The notes under the pieces: generated by a model
What the model was told of the DNA's origin: nothing
What the model saw: the letters and a program-made list of their open reading frames with translations, nothing else
Databases searched by the model: none
Shown here: piece after piece, positions 26,673 to 35,549 of the stretch
How positions within the stretch are numbered: position 1 is the stretch's first letter
Layout of the letters: each line of letters opens with the position of its first letter
From: an uncultured bacterium
Lineage (GTDB): Bacteria; B130-G9
Direction: 5' to 3'
Assembly (NCBI GenBank): GCA_965372715.1
Contig: CBDVDH010000023.1
Span: 1-51,180 of the forward strand
DNA length: 51,180 bases
Program-made: the position numbers and the translations under genes

Positions 26673-28153
26673 GGATACTCCTAGTTTATCCGGAATGCCC
26701 TGATACATTCTGGGGCTTCAAACGTGCTTTGAAATTCATTTCCCGAAAGGCGGCTCAACCCCCTCTAGGTTTGCTGACCGTCGCGGCAATGCTCCCAGAT
26801 CAGTGGGAGAAGAAGCTCGTGGATATGAATGTAACGAGACTAAAGGACAATGACCTTCGGTGGGCGGACTTGGTCTTTATCAGCGCGATGTCAATCCAGA
26901 AGACATCCGCACGGGAGGTCATCGCCAGGTGTAGAGGGGCGAATGTCAGGACAGTCGCTGGCGGTCCGTTGTTCACAACTGATTATGATGATTTTCTGGA
27001 CGAGGTGGACCATCTCGTGCTCAACGAGGCGGAAGCTACGCTGCCGCGCTTTCTCGAGGACTTGCAGGGAGGACGTGCTGAGCGAATGTACACCTCCGGG
27101 GAATTCCTCAATCTGGTCAAGACGCCTCTCCCACTGTGGGAGCTAGTGGATATGAGGAAGTATGCCTCGATGAACCTGCAATACTCCCGGGGGTGTCCTT
27201 TCGATTGCGAATTTTGCGACATCTCCGTGCTCTACGGGCAGAGAGTCCGGACCAAAACTAGGGATCAGATATTGGCGGAACTGGACTCGCTGCATTCTCG
27301 GGGATGGAGAGGGGACGTGTTTTTTGTGGATGACAACTTCATAGGGAACTGTAACAAACTCAAAGGTGAGGTCCTTCCGGCCATCGTCGAATGGATGGAC
27401 ACAAAAAGACACCCGTTTAACTTCCAGACAGAAGCCTCCATCAACATCTCTGATGATGAGGAACTCATGCGACTAATGGTTCGCGCTGGCTTTAATTCAG
27501 TGTTCGTCGGTATTGAGACGACCAACGAGGATTCTCTTGTCGAGTGCAACAAGCTGCAAAATAAGAATCGAGACCTCCTGGCCTGCGTGAGGAGAATCCA
27601 TGGGTCGGGACTCCGCGTGATAGCGGGGTTCATCTTGGGTTTTGACAGTGATCCTCCCTCGATCTTTGAAAGGACAAGCGCATTCATTCAGAACTCAGGA
27701 ATTGTCAGCGCAATGATCGGACTGCTGAATGCACCCCGCGACACTAAGCTCTACCAGCGTCTTGCAGAGGAGGGAAGGTTACTAGATGACGGGACTGGCG
27801 ATAGCATGGACTTCTCGATCAACTTCGTCCCTGCAATGGATTATGACACGCTTATCAAAGGCTATAAGAAAGTTATTCGCAGGGCCTACTCGCCCGCCGA
27901 ATACTACCAGCGGGTGAGGAGAGCCTTGAAAGAACAGAAGCCACTGAAAAGCAAGGCGTTACGCTTGAGGATCAGACACCTGGGAGCCGTCGTAAAATCC
28001 GTTGTGTTTCTGGGCATTGTAGGCAAGGAACGGTTACATTATTGGAGGCTTGTTTTCTGGACCCTTTTCCGCCGCCCGCGCCTTATTCCCCTTGCATTAA
28101 CCTACGCGATTTATGGTTTTCATTTTCGGAAATTCTTCGAGGATTATGTGTAG
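26669..28153 (+). CDS. B12-binding radical SAM protein (DUF4070 C-terminus)
   Basis: PPLGLLTVAAMLP, SRGCPFDCEFC, FFVDDNF, VFVGIET, GFILGFDSD. Confidence 0.93.
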   Translation: MRILLVYPECPDTFWGFKRALKFISRKAAQPPLGLLTVAAMLPDQWEKKLVDMNVTRLKDNDLRWADLVFISAMSIQKTSAREVIARCRGANVRTVAGGPLFTTDYDDFLDEVDHLVLNEAEATLPRFLEDLQGGRAERMYTSGEFLNLVKTPLPLWELVDMRKYASMNLQYSRGCPFDCEFCDISVLYGQRVRTKTRDQILAELDSLHSRGWRGDVFFVDDNFIGNCNKLKGEVLPAIVEWMDTKRHPFNFQTEASINISDDEELMRLMVRAGFNSVFVGIETTNEDSLVECNKLQNKNRDLLACVRRIHGSGLRVIAGFILGFDSDPPSIFERTSAFIQNSGIVSAMIGLLNAPRDTKLYQRLAEEGRLLDDGTGDSMDFSINFVPAMDYDTLIKGYKKVIRRAYSPAEYYQRVRRALKEQKPLKSKALRLRIRHLGAVVKSVVFLGIVGKERLHYWRLVFWTLFRRPRLIPLALTYAIYGFHFRKFFEDYV

Positions 28154-28341
28154 TCAAACAGTCGGCACATCGTACATCCCCGATTTGGTCGGGGATTAGC
28201 CCGAGTCGAGGCGCTTGGGGAGTTCATTCCTTAGCCGCTGCCGACCGATAACAAAGGCCACCCGATGTTGGCGCTGCTTGCTATTATGCTCCCGGCCATC
28301 ATTTAGTCTGGTTCGCATTCTAGGTATCTAAGGGTTGGGAC

Positions 28342-29148
28342 TTGCGGCTAAGAGACAGAGTAGCTCTGTTTATGGCTTGTCGGATGGCCAAGGGGATGAC
28401 GCCGGCCAGGCGCGAGGCGTTCTATGGGCTTCGGACGTTTTCTCTTTCTGACGTTGTCCTTTTTCCGGCGTCAGCTCCTTCCTCGAGGCGCCTCGTGAAG
28501 GCGTTTCCATTTTCGTTTCGCTCGGGCAGGACCCGGAAGGTCTTTTCGAATGGCAAGTTCGTCAGCATTGTAGAGAGCGGCATCGGGGCGCCATCGATAG
28601 AGATCATCGGCAATCTGGTCTGCAAGGGCGGTGCTAAGGTCATCCTGAGAATCGATTTCTGCGGCGCGCTGTCGCCGGATGTCAGCGTTGGCGACATCTT
28701 CATCGCCTCGTCGGCGAGAAGCTTCGATCAAGTGTCCCGGCATTACTTCGAAGATGATAGTATCGCCGCGGATTCGCATCTCGTTTCCTTGTTCGAGAGG
28801 TGGCTCACGCCGATGGCCGAGAAAGCCGGGATTCCGCTTCATGTTGGCCGAGTTTGCACCGTTGACCTGTTCTTTGCGGAGACCAATGAGATGCTCCGCA
28901 AATGGGCCAAGTCTGGCGAGGCGGTCGATATGGAGACAGCTGCGATTTACGCGATTGCCGGGAGCTACGGTGTAGCGTCGCTTTCGGTGATGGTTGTCAC
29001 GGACAACAAGCTTCTGGGACATCCACCGTATTCTGGTGACGTCGAAAACCTGAAGAAGATCGTTGCGGGTCACAGTCTGTTGACGAGGGCAGTCAGGATG
29101 ATCATGCCCGCCCTCGTCGATCTGACGCGCACCGCCTCCCCCAAGTGA
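28342..29148 (+). CDS. Nucleoside phosphorylase family protein (PNP/UDP-1)
   Basis: SGIGAPS, LRIDFCGAL...VGDIFI, CTVDLFF, AVDMETAAIY, VVTD. Confidence 0.82.
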   Translation: MRLRDRVALFMACRMAKGMTPARREAFYGLRTFSLSDVVLFPASAPSSRRLVKAFPFSFRSGRTRKVFSNGKFVSIVESGIGAPSIEIIGNLVCKGGAKVILRIDFCGALSPDVSVGDIFIASSARSFDQVSRHYFEDDSIAADSHLVSLFERWLTPMAEKAGIPLHVGRVCTVDLFFAETNEMLRKWAKSGEAVDMETAAIYAIAGSYGVASLSVMVVTDNKLLGHPPYSGDVENLKKIVAGHSLLTRAVRMIMPALVDLTRTASPK

Positions 29149-29162
29149 GTCGGCAGAGACGA

Positions 29163-29861
29163 TCAACCGTCAGGGGCTATCGGAGGCTTGTCGGTGTCCC
29201 GGACATAGGAGCAGATGTTCGCCAAAAAGCAGTGTTGGCATTGGGGGCTGCGGGCGCGGCAGAGCTTTCTGCCGAGCCGGACGAGGTTCATGTGCAGGTT
29301 GTACCTGTCCTTCTCCGGGACAACCTTCTCGAAAAAGGACTGCATCTTCTCACGCGTGGGTGAGACGCGGTCGAGGCCGATTCTTCTCGCGACCCTGAAG
29401 ACGTGTGTATCGACGGGGAAGGCGGGCTTGCCGCACGCGAACAGGAGAACACACGCGGCCGTCTTCGTCCCGACGCCGCGGATCGCAGTCAAAAACTCAT
29501 AGCCTTCATCGAGCGACATCGAGCAGAGGAAACCCATCGTGAGCCGTGGGTCTTTCTGCTTTATCTTTGGAATTAGGTCAATGATTCGTCGCGCCTTGGT
29601 CGGGCCAAGGCCAGCAGTCTTGATTGCGGCGAGGACTTGCTGGTAGTCCGCCGACATCAGGGATGTCCAGTCAGGGAAACGGCTTTTCAGTCGCTTAAAC
29701 GCTGCCAGTGAATTGACGTCCGTCGTGTTCTGCGAAAGGATGGTGAGGACAAGCTCGTCCAGCGGAAGCCGACGCGGCCTCCGCTCGGGCAAGCCTAGAT
29801 TGTCAACTAATCTCCTATTGACGAGCGAGATCAGACCGTTTGGTCGCGCATCACCCGTCAC
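29163..29861 (-). CDS. nth: Endonuclease III-like HhH-GPD DNA glycosylase
   Basis: LVLTILSQNTTD, GVGTKTA, FPVDTHVFRV, CRARSPQCQHCFLANIC 4Fe-4S motif. Confidence 0.9.
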   Translation of the reverse strand: MTGDARPNGLISLVNRRLVDNLGLPERRPRRLPLDELVLTILSQNTTDVNSLAAFKRLKSRFPDWTSLMSADYQQVLAAIKTAGLGPTKARRIIDLIPKIKQKDPRLTMGFLCSMSLDEGYEFLTAIRGVGTKTAACVLLFACGKPAFPVDTHVFRVARRIGLDRVSPTREKMQSFFEKVVPEKDRYNLHMNLVRLGRKLCRARSPQCQHCFLANICSYVRDTDKPPIAPDG

Positions 29862-29871
29862 GCGGCACTCG

Positions 29872-31632
29872 CTATTGAGGATCGGTCAGTATGATCGTTT
29901 CACCAGCAAGCGCGTCCCAGGGCTGATCGTAGATGTGATTCGCGGGCGCCATTACTGTATAGAGGCCGATGTTCTGGTCCACGAGCGGGAACCCGTGGAA
30001 GAACCGAGCCGTCATAGCGTGAATCGTATAGGCGAAGTTGTCATCGACATAGGTGGAATAAAGAGGAGACGCGCCTGGGACCCAAGCACCCTCTGTGTCA
30101 TACGTGAAGTACTCGCCGTTTTGGAGCATGAAGGACAAGAAGAGATCAGTCTCCTCCGTCTCGTATCCGAAACAAGTGTAAGTGGCTATGCAAGCAAATA
30201 GAGCACCGTGGTCATACTTATCGTTTCTGTTGTCGTCAGTGTATGGCTCGCGCTGCTTGTCCCACCGTTCGTTGCCGTTGAGGTCCGTGAATGGCTCACC
30301 ACTGTCGTATCGGCCATTGTAGTTCTCATCAATGTATGCCTCTCCCTCGTCCCAATAGCCGTTGTGGTTCTCGTCCGTGAACGGCTCGTCCTCGTTGTAG
30401 GCGCCATCATCGTTCAAGTCCTCAAACGGCTCACCAAGGTCCCACATTCCATTACCATTCAAGTCCTCGTATTGCTCGGCCACGTAGTAGGTCTTTACGT
30501 TGTCCCGGTCCTTCGATGGCTTGGACAACAGGACCTTGCAGACGGACCCAACCTCTTTGCCGCCAAAGACCCCAATATCGATGTCGGAGCCGTCGTAGTT
30601 GGCCTCTGTTGTGCCGTCCGGCATCTCAGGGTCGCCAGTGCCTATACATGGAGAACCAGTCCCCAAGTGATAATCGCCATTTTGTGGATCAACGAAAAGC
30701 GGGTCCTCGCCGGTTATGCAGTTTTCCCGCATCACGAGCCCGTCAACGTCCTCACCGTTGTCGTAGAATAGGTTGTAGTCTATGTACTTGTTCTTTCTGG
30801 ATTCGGCGCCAACGCCGCATTCCATGATGACGTTGTTTCGGAACCAATCCACGTGAGTGCCCTCGTACCAGTAGGCGCCGGTTGGGAAGCCAACGATGAC
30901 GTTGTTTCGGATCGTTGGCTGCGCCATGCCCGCAACGACGACGCCGTACACCTCTCCGCCAGGTGCGTTGTTTATTATGTGGTTGTTGCGAATGAGCGGC
31001 TCACAAAGCGTGAGGACTGCATCCATCCTGCAATAGACTCCGGCGTAGCCATTGCCCTCGATCCAGTTGTGCATCGCCACCGCCTGGCAACCGTTCTCGA
31101 AATAGAACCCGTAGTAGTTGTTATCGACCAGCCTGTTGCCGATGATAAAGGGCTTCGCGATATCGGTATTCAGGTTCTGGTCATAGCTCGTGATCTGGCA
31201 CATGATCCCCGAACGGTTGCCCGTTAATTCGCAATTGATGACAATGGACTCTTCTCCCTTGCCGCGGAAGCAGATGCCGGAATCCTTGCTGTTTCTAACC
31301 GTCAGGTCCCGGATGATGGTGAAAGGAGCATTTACGATGAAGATGTCGTAATTGCCCTTCGAGCCGTCGATAATGGTCTTGCCCATCCCCTCGCCGATGA
31401 TCGTTATTGACCTTCTGACAGGTTTTTTTCTGCCAATCTCGACGATCGAGATAGATGTCTCGTAGTAGATGCCCTCTCGAATAAAGACAGTGTCCCCGGA
31501 GTTAGCGTCATAGATAGCCTCCTGAATCTTCAAGAAATCATCCGGGACGATAATTGTGCGGCCATAAGCCGTCACCGGGCACGCGAGCGCGCACAACAGC
31601 GCGGCAATAGTCACAAAGCCAAACACTTTCAT
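29872..31632 (-). CDS. Secreted right-handed beta-helix protein with acidic Ca-binding-like repeats
   Basis: Signal peptide; IIVPDDFLKIQEAI..A.SGDTV; parallel beta-helix repeats; DPLFVD...DYHL..GSPCI..GDP; six ~15-aa EPFxDxNxNGxWD repeats. Confidence 0.85.
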   Translation of the reverse strand: MKVFGFVTIAALLCALACPVTAYGRTIIVPDDFLKIQEAIYDANSGDTVFIREGIYYETSISIVEIGRKKPVRRSITIIGEGMGKTIIDGSKGNYDIFIVNAPFTIIRDLTVRNSKDSGICFRGKGEESIVINCELTGNRSGIMCQITSYDQNLNTDIAKPFIIGNRLVDNNYYGFYFENGCQAVAMHNWIEGNGYAGVYCRMDAVLTLCEPLIRNNHIINNAPGGEVYGVVVAGMAQPTIRNNVIVGFPTGAYWYEGTHVDWFRNNVIMECGVGAESRKNKYIDYNLFYDNGEDVDGLVMRENCITGEDPLFVDPQNGDYHLGTGSPCIGTGDPEMPDGTTEANYDGSDIDIGVFGGKEVGSVCKVLLSKPSKDRDNVKTYYVAEQYEDLNGNGMWDLGEPFEDLNDDGAYNEDEPFTDENHNGYWDEGEAYIDENYNGRYDSGEPFTDLNGNERWDKQREPYTDDNRNDKYDHGALFACIATYTCFGYETEETDLFLSFMLQNGEYFTYDTEGAWVPGASPLYSTYVDDNFAYTIHAMTARFFHGFPLVDQNIGLYTVMAPANHIYDQPWDALAGETIILTDPQ

Positions 31633-31690
31633 AAAAGCCTCCTGCTTCCGTAAAGATTAGGTTCAACAACCAATCGCATTCTATAGGCGC

Positions 31691-31718
31691 ATTCTACGAG
31701 CGTGCTCATTTGTGTCAA
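31691..31718 (-). promoter_or_regulatory. Sigma70 promoter for the beta-helix gene
   Basis: Minus strand TTGACA, 16 nt, TAGAAT. Confidence 0.65.
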
Positions 31719-31888
31719 GCGCTTTTGGCCTAGGATATCCGTTCGTTCTTGTGTTGAGAGCTCTGCCGCACGGCGTGGACAGCTTGTGGCAGATTGGACG
31801 GTCGAAAGTTAGGGTCAGAAGTCGAGAGTCGGACGTGTGTCGCGGTTCACGGCGCATCACGGAATCCGCCGACCGGTGAGGCAAATGC

Positions 31889-33139
31889 CTACCTCTCAGC
31901 TCTGCTGCGGCGATACTCTAACCACCTCGAGAGTGTGCAGCCCGCGAAGAGACACACGTACGGGTAGAGCGAGATGCTGTACCTTGACAGCGATCGGGTT
32001 AGGACATAGCCAGCCCAGAAATAAAGCAGCAAGAGAATGGTCAGCAGTGCGAGCCGCCCGCTGACGCCTCTGCAAGAAAAGACCGCAGCGAGCGCGAGGA
32101 GCACGTAAACCGAGTTCTGTAAAACACTTGTCCAGACGATCGTGCGTGCCCACCTCGGGCCGATTACAGAATCGTAAGCGATGTTGTTGATCAGCGTCAG
32201 TCTCGGGTAATCGACAAAGATAACGCTGGTTTTGAGGACGGCGCGCCTCGGCAAGTCAGACAGGTTCTCGATGAAGATCCGCTTTCCCTCGCTACGGAAG
32301 TAGTTGTTTTTCTCGATCCAATTCATTCCCTCGATTTTTCTGAGTATCTCAGGAGCCAGCGCGGGTTGTGCGATGCCGTTGAACGGGGCAATCTCTTGGT
32401 AGTTGCCGGTCAAGAAATTGAAGCCAAATAGCGTCCCCGTCGGGACGAAAGCGTCATATCGAACGTAATTCCTGATCGTCCACGGCGCCATGATGGCCAA
32501 GAACCCGGCCAGCGCGACGGCAGACAGCGTGACTCGGCGCCCTATCGATGCTCCTCTTGTGGTGAGTATCAAAAAAACCACCAGAACTATGACCAATTGC
32601 GCCGCAGCCTTGCAGAGAGTGGCAAGGCCCAGAACCATGCCAGCGATGATCGCCCATAACGCGCTCTGACGCTCCAATAACCTCAGGATGGTGAGGAATG
32701 ATACGCCGACGAGCAGCGCAAAGAGCGTGTCTGGATAAAGCACGCCGCAGTGAACGATAGACGGCAGATGCAGGGCGAGCAGCAGGGCCCCGGCGAACGC
32801 CGCCCACCTGTCCCTCAAATACCGCTGTCCGACCAGGAATATGAGCGCTGAAAGGAGCGTTGAGGCGAGGATCTGCGCAGCCACGACCGCCATCTGAGAT
32901 GTGCCAAAGACCTTGTAGATCGCCGCGATGAAATGGCCATAAACTGGAACCCTTATGGGAAGCTCTGGCTCGCCCGCGGGTAGAGTATCAAGGGCTCGTC
33001 CGGCGAGGATGTTCCTGGCCATGACATCGTATTCGTGTGCGTCGAGAATGGCTGGCGGAATCCCAAAACACCAGACAAAGAGCATCCTTGCGCCAAGTGC
33101 GGCAAGGACGATCACCCATAGAGCCGAGCTTGTCTTCAT
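31889..33139 (-). CDS. GT-C (ArnT/PMT-like) membrane glycosyltransferase
   Basis: LDAHEYD.MA.NI..G, RVPVY..F, PWTIRNY, GFNFLTGN, RYS..LYP; multi-TM. Confidence 0.85.
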   Translation of the reverse strand: MKTSSALWVIVLAALGARMLFVWCFGIPPAILDAHEYDVMARNILAGRALDTLPAGEPELPIRVPVYGHFIAAIYKVFGTSQMAVVAAQILASTLLSALIFLVGQRYLRDRWAAFAGALLLALHLPSIVHCGVLYPDTLFALLVGVSFLTILRLLERQSALWAIIAGMVLGLATLCKAAAQLVIVLVVFLILTTRGASIGRRVTLSAVALAGFLAIMAPWTIRNYVRYDAFVPTGTLFGFNFLTGNYQEIAPFNGIAQPALAPEILRKIEGMNWIEKNNYFRSEGKRIFIENLSDLPRRAVLKTSVIFVDYPRLTLINNIAYDSVIGPRWARTIVWTSVLQNSVYVLLALAAVFSCRGVSGRLALLTILLLLYFWAGYVLTRSLSRYSISLYPYVCLFAGCTLSRWLEYRRSRAER

Positions 33140-34974
33140 TTGGCCCCACTGGTCTCAACGGAGAGTTGCCTTTTGAAGACATAAATCGGCCACTTATGCC
33201 AGATTAGGTCGAAGCCGGCCAGTCTCCCCGTCTGCTTCACCTCATCAATCACCGGCGTCTCCCACCAAGCGGTGATCTTCTCCAAGTCAACGACCGCGTA
33301 TTCTACACCGCCCGGCGCCAGTGCGTTCTCGCCCAGGAAATACACCTCATTTCGCGACGCCAGGTGCGCCAGCATGTAACGAGGCGCTGTCGCGGGCACA
33401 TTGGGCGGAATCATGGCGAGCGACTTCTTCTGTGCCTCGAAATATGGTTCCTTGTTCATTTTGAAGGCGCCCCACCACATCGGGATGTAGCATATCGCGA
33501 TGAGGAGGATGAGCGTCGATAGTGCGATTGACAGCACGCGCCGCCTTGAGCCGGCGAGTCGGGAAATGGTCAGTGCGGTTGCGGGTCCGAGAAACGATGA
33601 CGGAAGGATGCCGTAATGGAAGGGTATTGGGACTTCCCAGTTCATCAGGCCGGAGACGACGAAGGCCGGGAGCAGGCCCATCAGCGCGTAAGCGCTCCCG
33701 AAAGGCAGCAAGAAGAAGAACGGTGCGAATAGATAGAAGATGAACTCCTGCTTCTGAGCCTGTGCGAAGTTGCCGAAAAGAACGGACGGATCGTGTAACG
33801 CTTTGAGGGCGAGGTCAGAGATTGAGCGGATGTATGGATATCGCACGACCATCATGTTGTCGGGGGCGCGAAATATCGGAAATAGGATGACGAAGACTAG
33901 TATCAGCCACAGAATGTTCACTACGGCAGGAGCGACGACCCATTTCTTTGGTCTTCTCTGGACGAGCGCCAGACCCGCAAACAGGAGCATGATAAACGGC
34001 ACGTTCTCCTTTAGCCCGCTGCAAAGCACCATGAATGTGATGAACCAGCCAAAGCGCCTCGTCTCGAAGAAGTAAATGGTGAACGGAACGAGGAACGTGG
34101 CGAACACGACCGGATGGAAACCGGTGTAGTTCTGGGCGATTGCCGTCGGGATCAGAAGATACGCGGTCGTGAGCAGGAAGCTCTCAAGAGCCTTGAGGCG
34201 AGTCCTGGCGACAAGGAAAAACGGTATCGCCGCGAGCCCCATCACGACGGTCTTGAATACCAGAAACACGGCGGCAGTCCTGAAGATCAGGAAGAATGGT
34301 AGTATGAGGAGCTTGATCGGCGCGAAGTGGTCGCCGATGAGTTCGTAGGTCTGGCTGCCGGATTGTGTGTGCAGCCTCGAGAGGAGGAAATGCCCCTGCG
34401 AAACGCTGTATTGAGGGGCTGTGAATCTCGACAGGTCATGCCAGTTGCCGAAGATATAGAAATCCCACAGCCCGGTGATAAGGAAAAACACCACGTAAAG
34501 CACGACAATTGTGCCAAGCAACTTGCGACTGTGGCGGTCTGTGAAGCAGTCGATTCGCTCTCGGAAGCTCGGGTTGACGGTCCCACGGATGAAGAGGTAG
34601 CCGGCGAGTATCAGGCCGAAGAGAAAGACCTTTGGCCCGAGGCGCTGGACGTAAGACGAGAAATACGTGTTCAACGAGGTCGCAAATCGCGGGATCAGAA
34701 GCGGGACCGCGAGGAGCATTAACGCCGGCAAGAACGACAGGATATAATCCCTTTGTGAAGTCTCCGCAAGAGAAATGTCGAAGGAGCGAGAAGTCGCGAG
34801 GTAGAATCCGACGGCCAGGATTCCTCCTACTACCGCGAAGATGGAGATTCTGAGGGCGGAATTCAACGAATCACACACGCCGGGGAAAAAGCCAGCGAGA
34901 TAAGCCCCCACTATGGTCCCAGCGAGAGCCGGAATCGCCCAAGAGAATGCCTTTCGGGAACCGTCATTAGGCAT
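33136..34974 (-). CDS. DUF2079 family membrane protein (predicted GT-C fold)
   Basis: HDLSRF, GDHFAPI, GFHPV, LKEN, multi-TM, LAHLASR..Y; ATGA overlap with the downstream gene. Confidence 0.78.
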   Translation of the reverse strand: MPNDGSRKAFSWAIPALAGTIVGAYLAGFFPGVCDSLNSALRISIFAVVGGILAVGFYLATSRSFDISLAETSQRDYILSFLPALMLLAVPLLIPRFATSLNTYFSSYVQRLGPKVFLFGLILAGYLFIRGTVNPSFRERIDCFTDRHSRKLLGTIVVLYVVFFLITGLWDFYIFGNWHDLSRFTAPQYSVSQGHFLLSRLHTQSGSQTYELIGDHFAPIKLLILPFFLIFRTAAVFLVFKTVVMGLAAIPFFLVARTRLKALESFLLTTAYLLIPTAIAQNYTGFHPVVFATFLVPFTIYFFETRRFGWFITFMVLCSGLKENVPFIMLLFAGLALVQRRPKKWVVAPAVVNILWLILVFVILFPIFRAPDNMMVVRYPYIRSISDLALKALHDPSVLFGNFAQAQKQEFIFYLFAPFFFLLPFGSAYALMGLLPAFVVSGLMNWEVPIPFHYGILPSSFLGPATALTISRLAGSRRRVLSIALSTLILLIAICYIPMWWGAFKMNKEPYFEAQKKSLAMIPPNVPATAPRYMLAHLASRNEVYFLGENALAPGGVEYAVVDLEKITAWWETPVIDEVKQTGRLAGFDLIWHKWPIYVFKRQLSVETSGAK

Positions 34975-35131
34975 CGCTCAAAACAGACCTCAACACTTCG
35001 CTATTGTCTGACGACAACGCATGATAGCTACTCCTCTATTAGTTCACGCAGAGCACCGTGTGTCAACCTGCCCCTGAGCGGTAATCGTAGCATGACGTCT
35101 GGAATGTGGCTACAGGACGCGTGATACGTCC

Positions 35132-35480
35132 TGTAGGGGCGGTGCTTGGAGGCTGGGTCGTAAGTCGTTGCGCTTGTGTAGGGGCGAGGTCTGAAGACCC
35201 GCCCTTTCGAATTGATGGTCGCATAAGATGCCTCGTATGCGCAGGGATTGATGTAGGCGGGCGGGTCTGAGACACCGCCCCTACAGGCCGATTCCGACAA
35301 TCGCGTCGCATAAGAAAACCGCCGCATTGATCTTGACAATCGGCAGTATCCCCTCTATCGTTGTTGTCTGATATGGACAACAAAACCCTCCTCAATCGAA
35401 TTATGACCCAGCCTCCTTGGCCCGCCCTTCATACGTTCGGTCACATCAGAGAAGGGCGGGGCAAACACAGTCACTACGAT
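35132..35480 (+). repeat. REPIN host split by the MITE insertion
   Basis: TGTAGGGGCGGTG-CTTG [MITE] CTTG-GCCCGCCC, spacer TTCATACGTTCGGTCACATCAGAGA, degenerate second REP; intact relative at 21502-21574. Confidence 0.8.
35149..35415 (+). mobile_element. 267-bp MITE with 15-bp TIRs and 4-bp target duplication
   Basis: GAGGCTGGGTCGTAA (35149-63) / TTATGACCCAGCCTC (35401-15), 14/15 inverted match; flanked by CTTG on both sides; internal REPIN; an extra orphan TIR at 35494-35508. Confidence 0.88.
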
Positions 35481-35549
35481 GCCCGACACGGGATTATGAC
35501 CCAGCCTCGTTGTCTCCTTCCGCCTTGCTCAGAAGTGCGCTCGCCTTGC

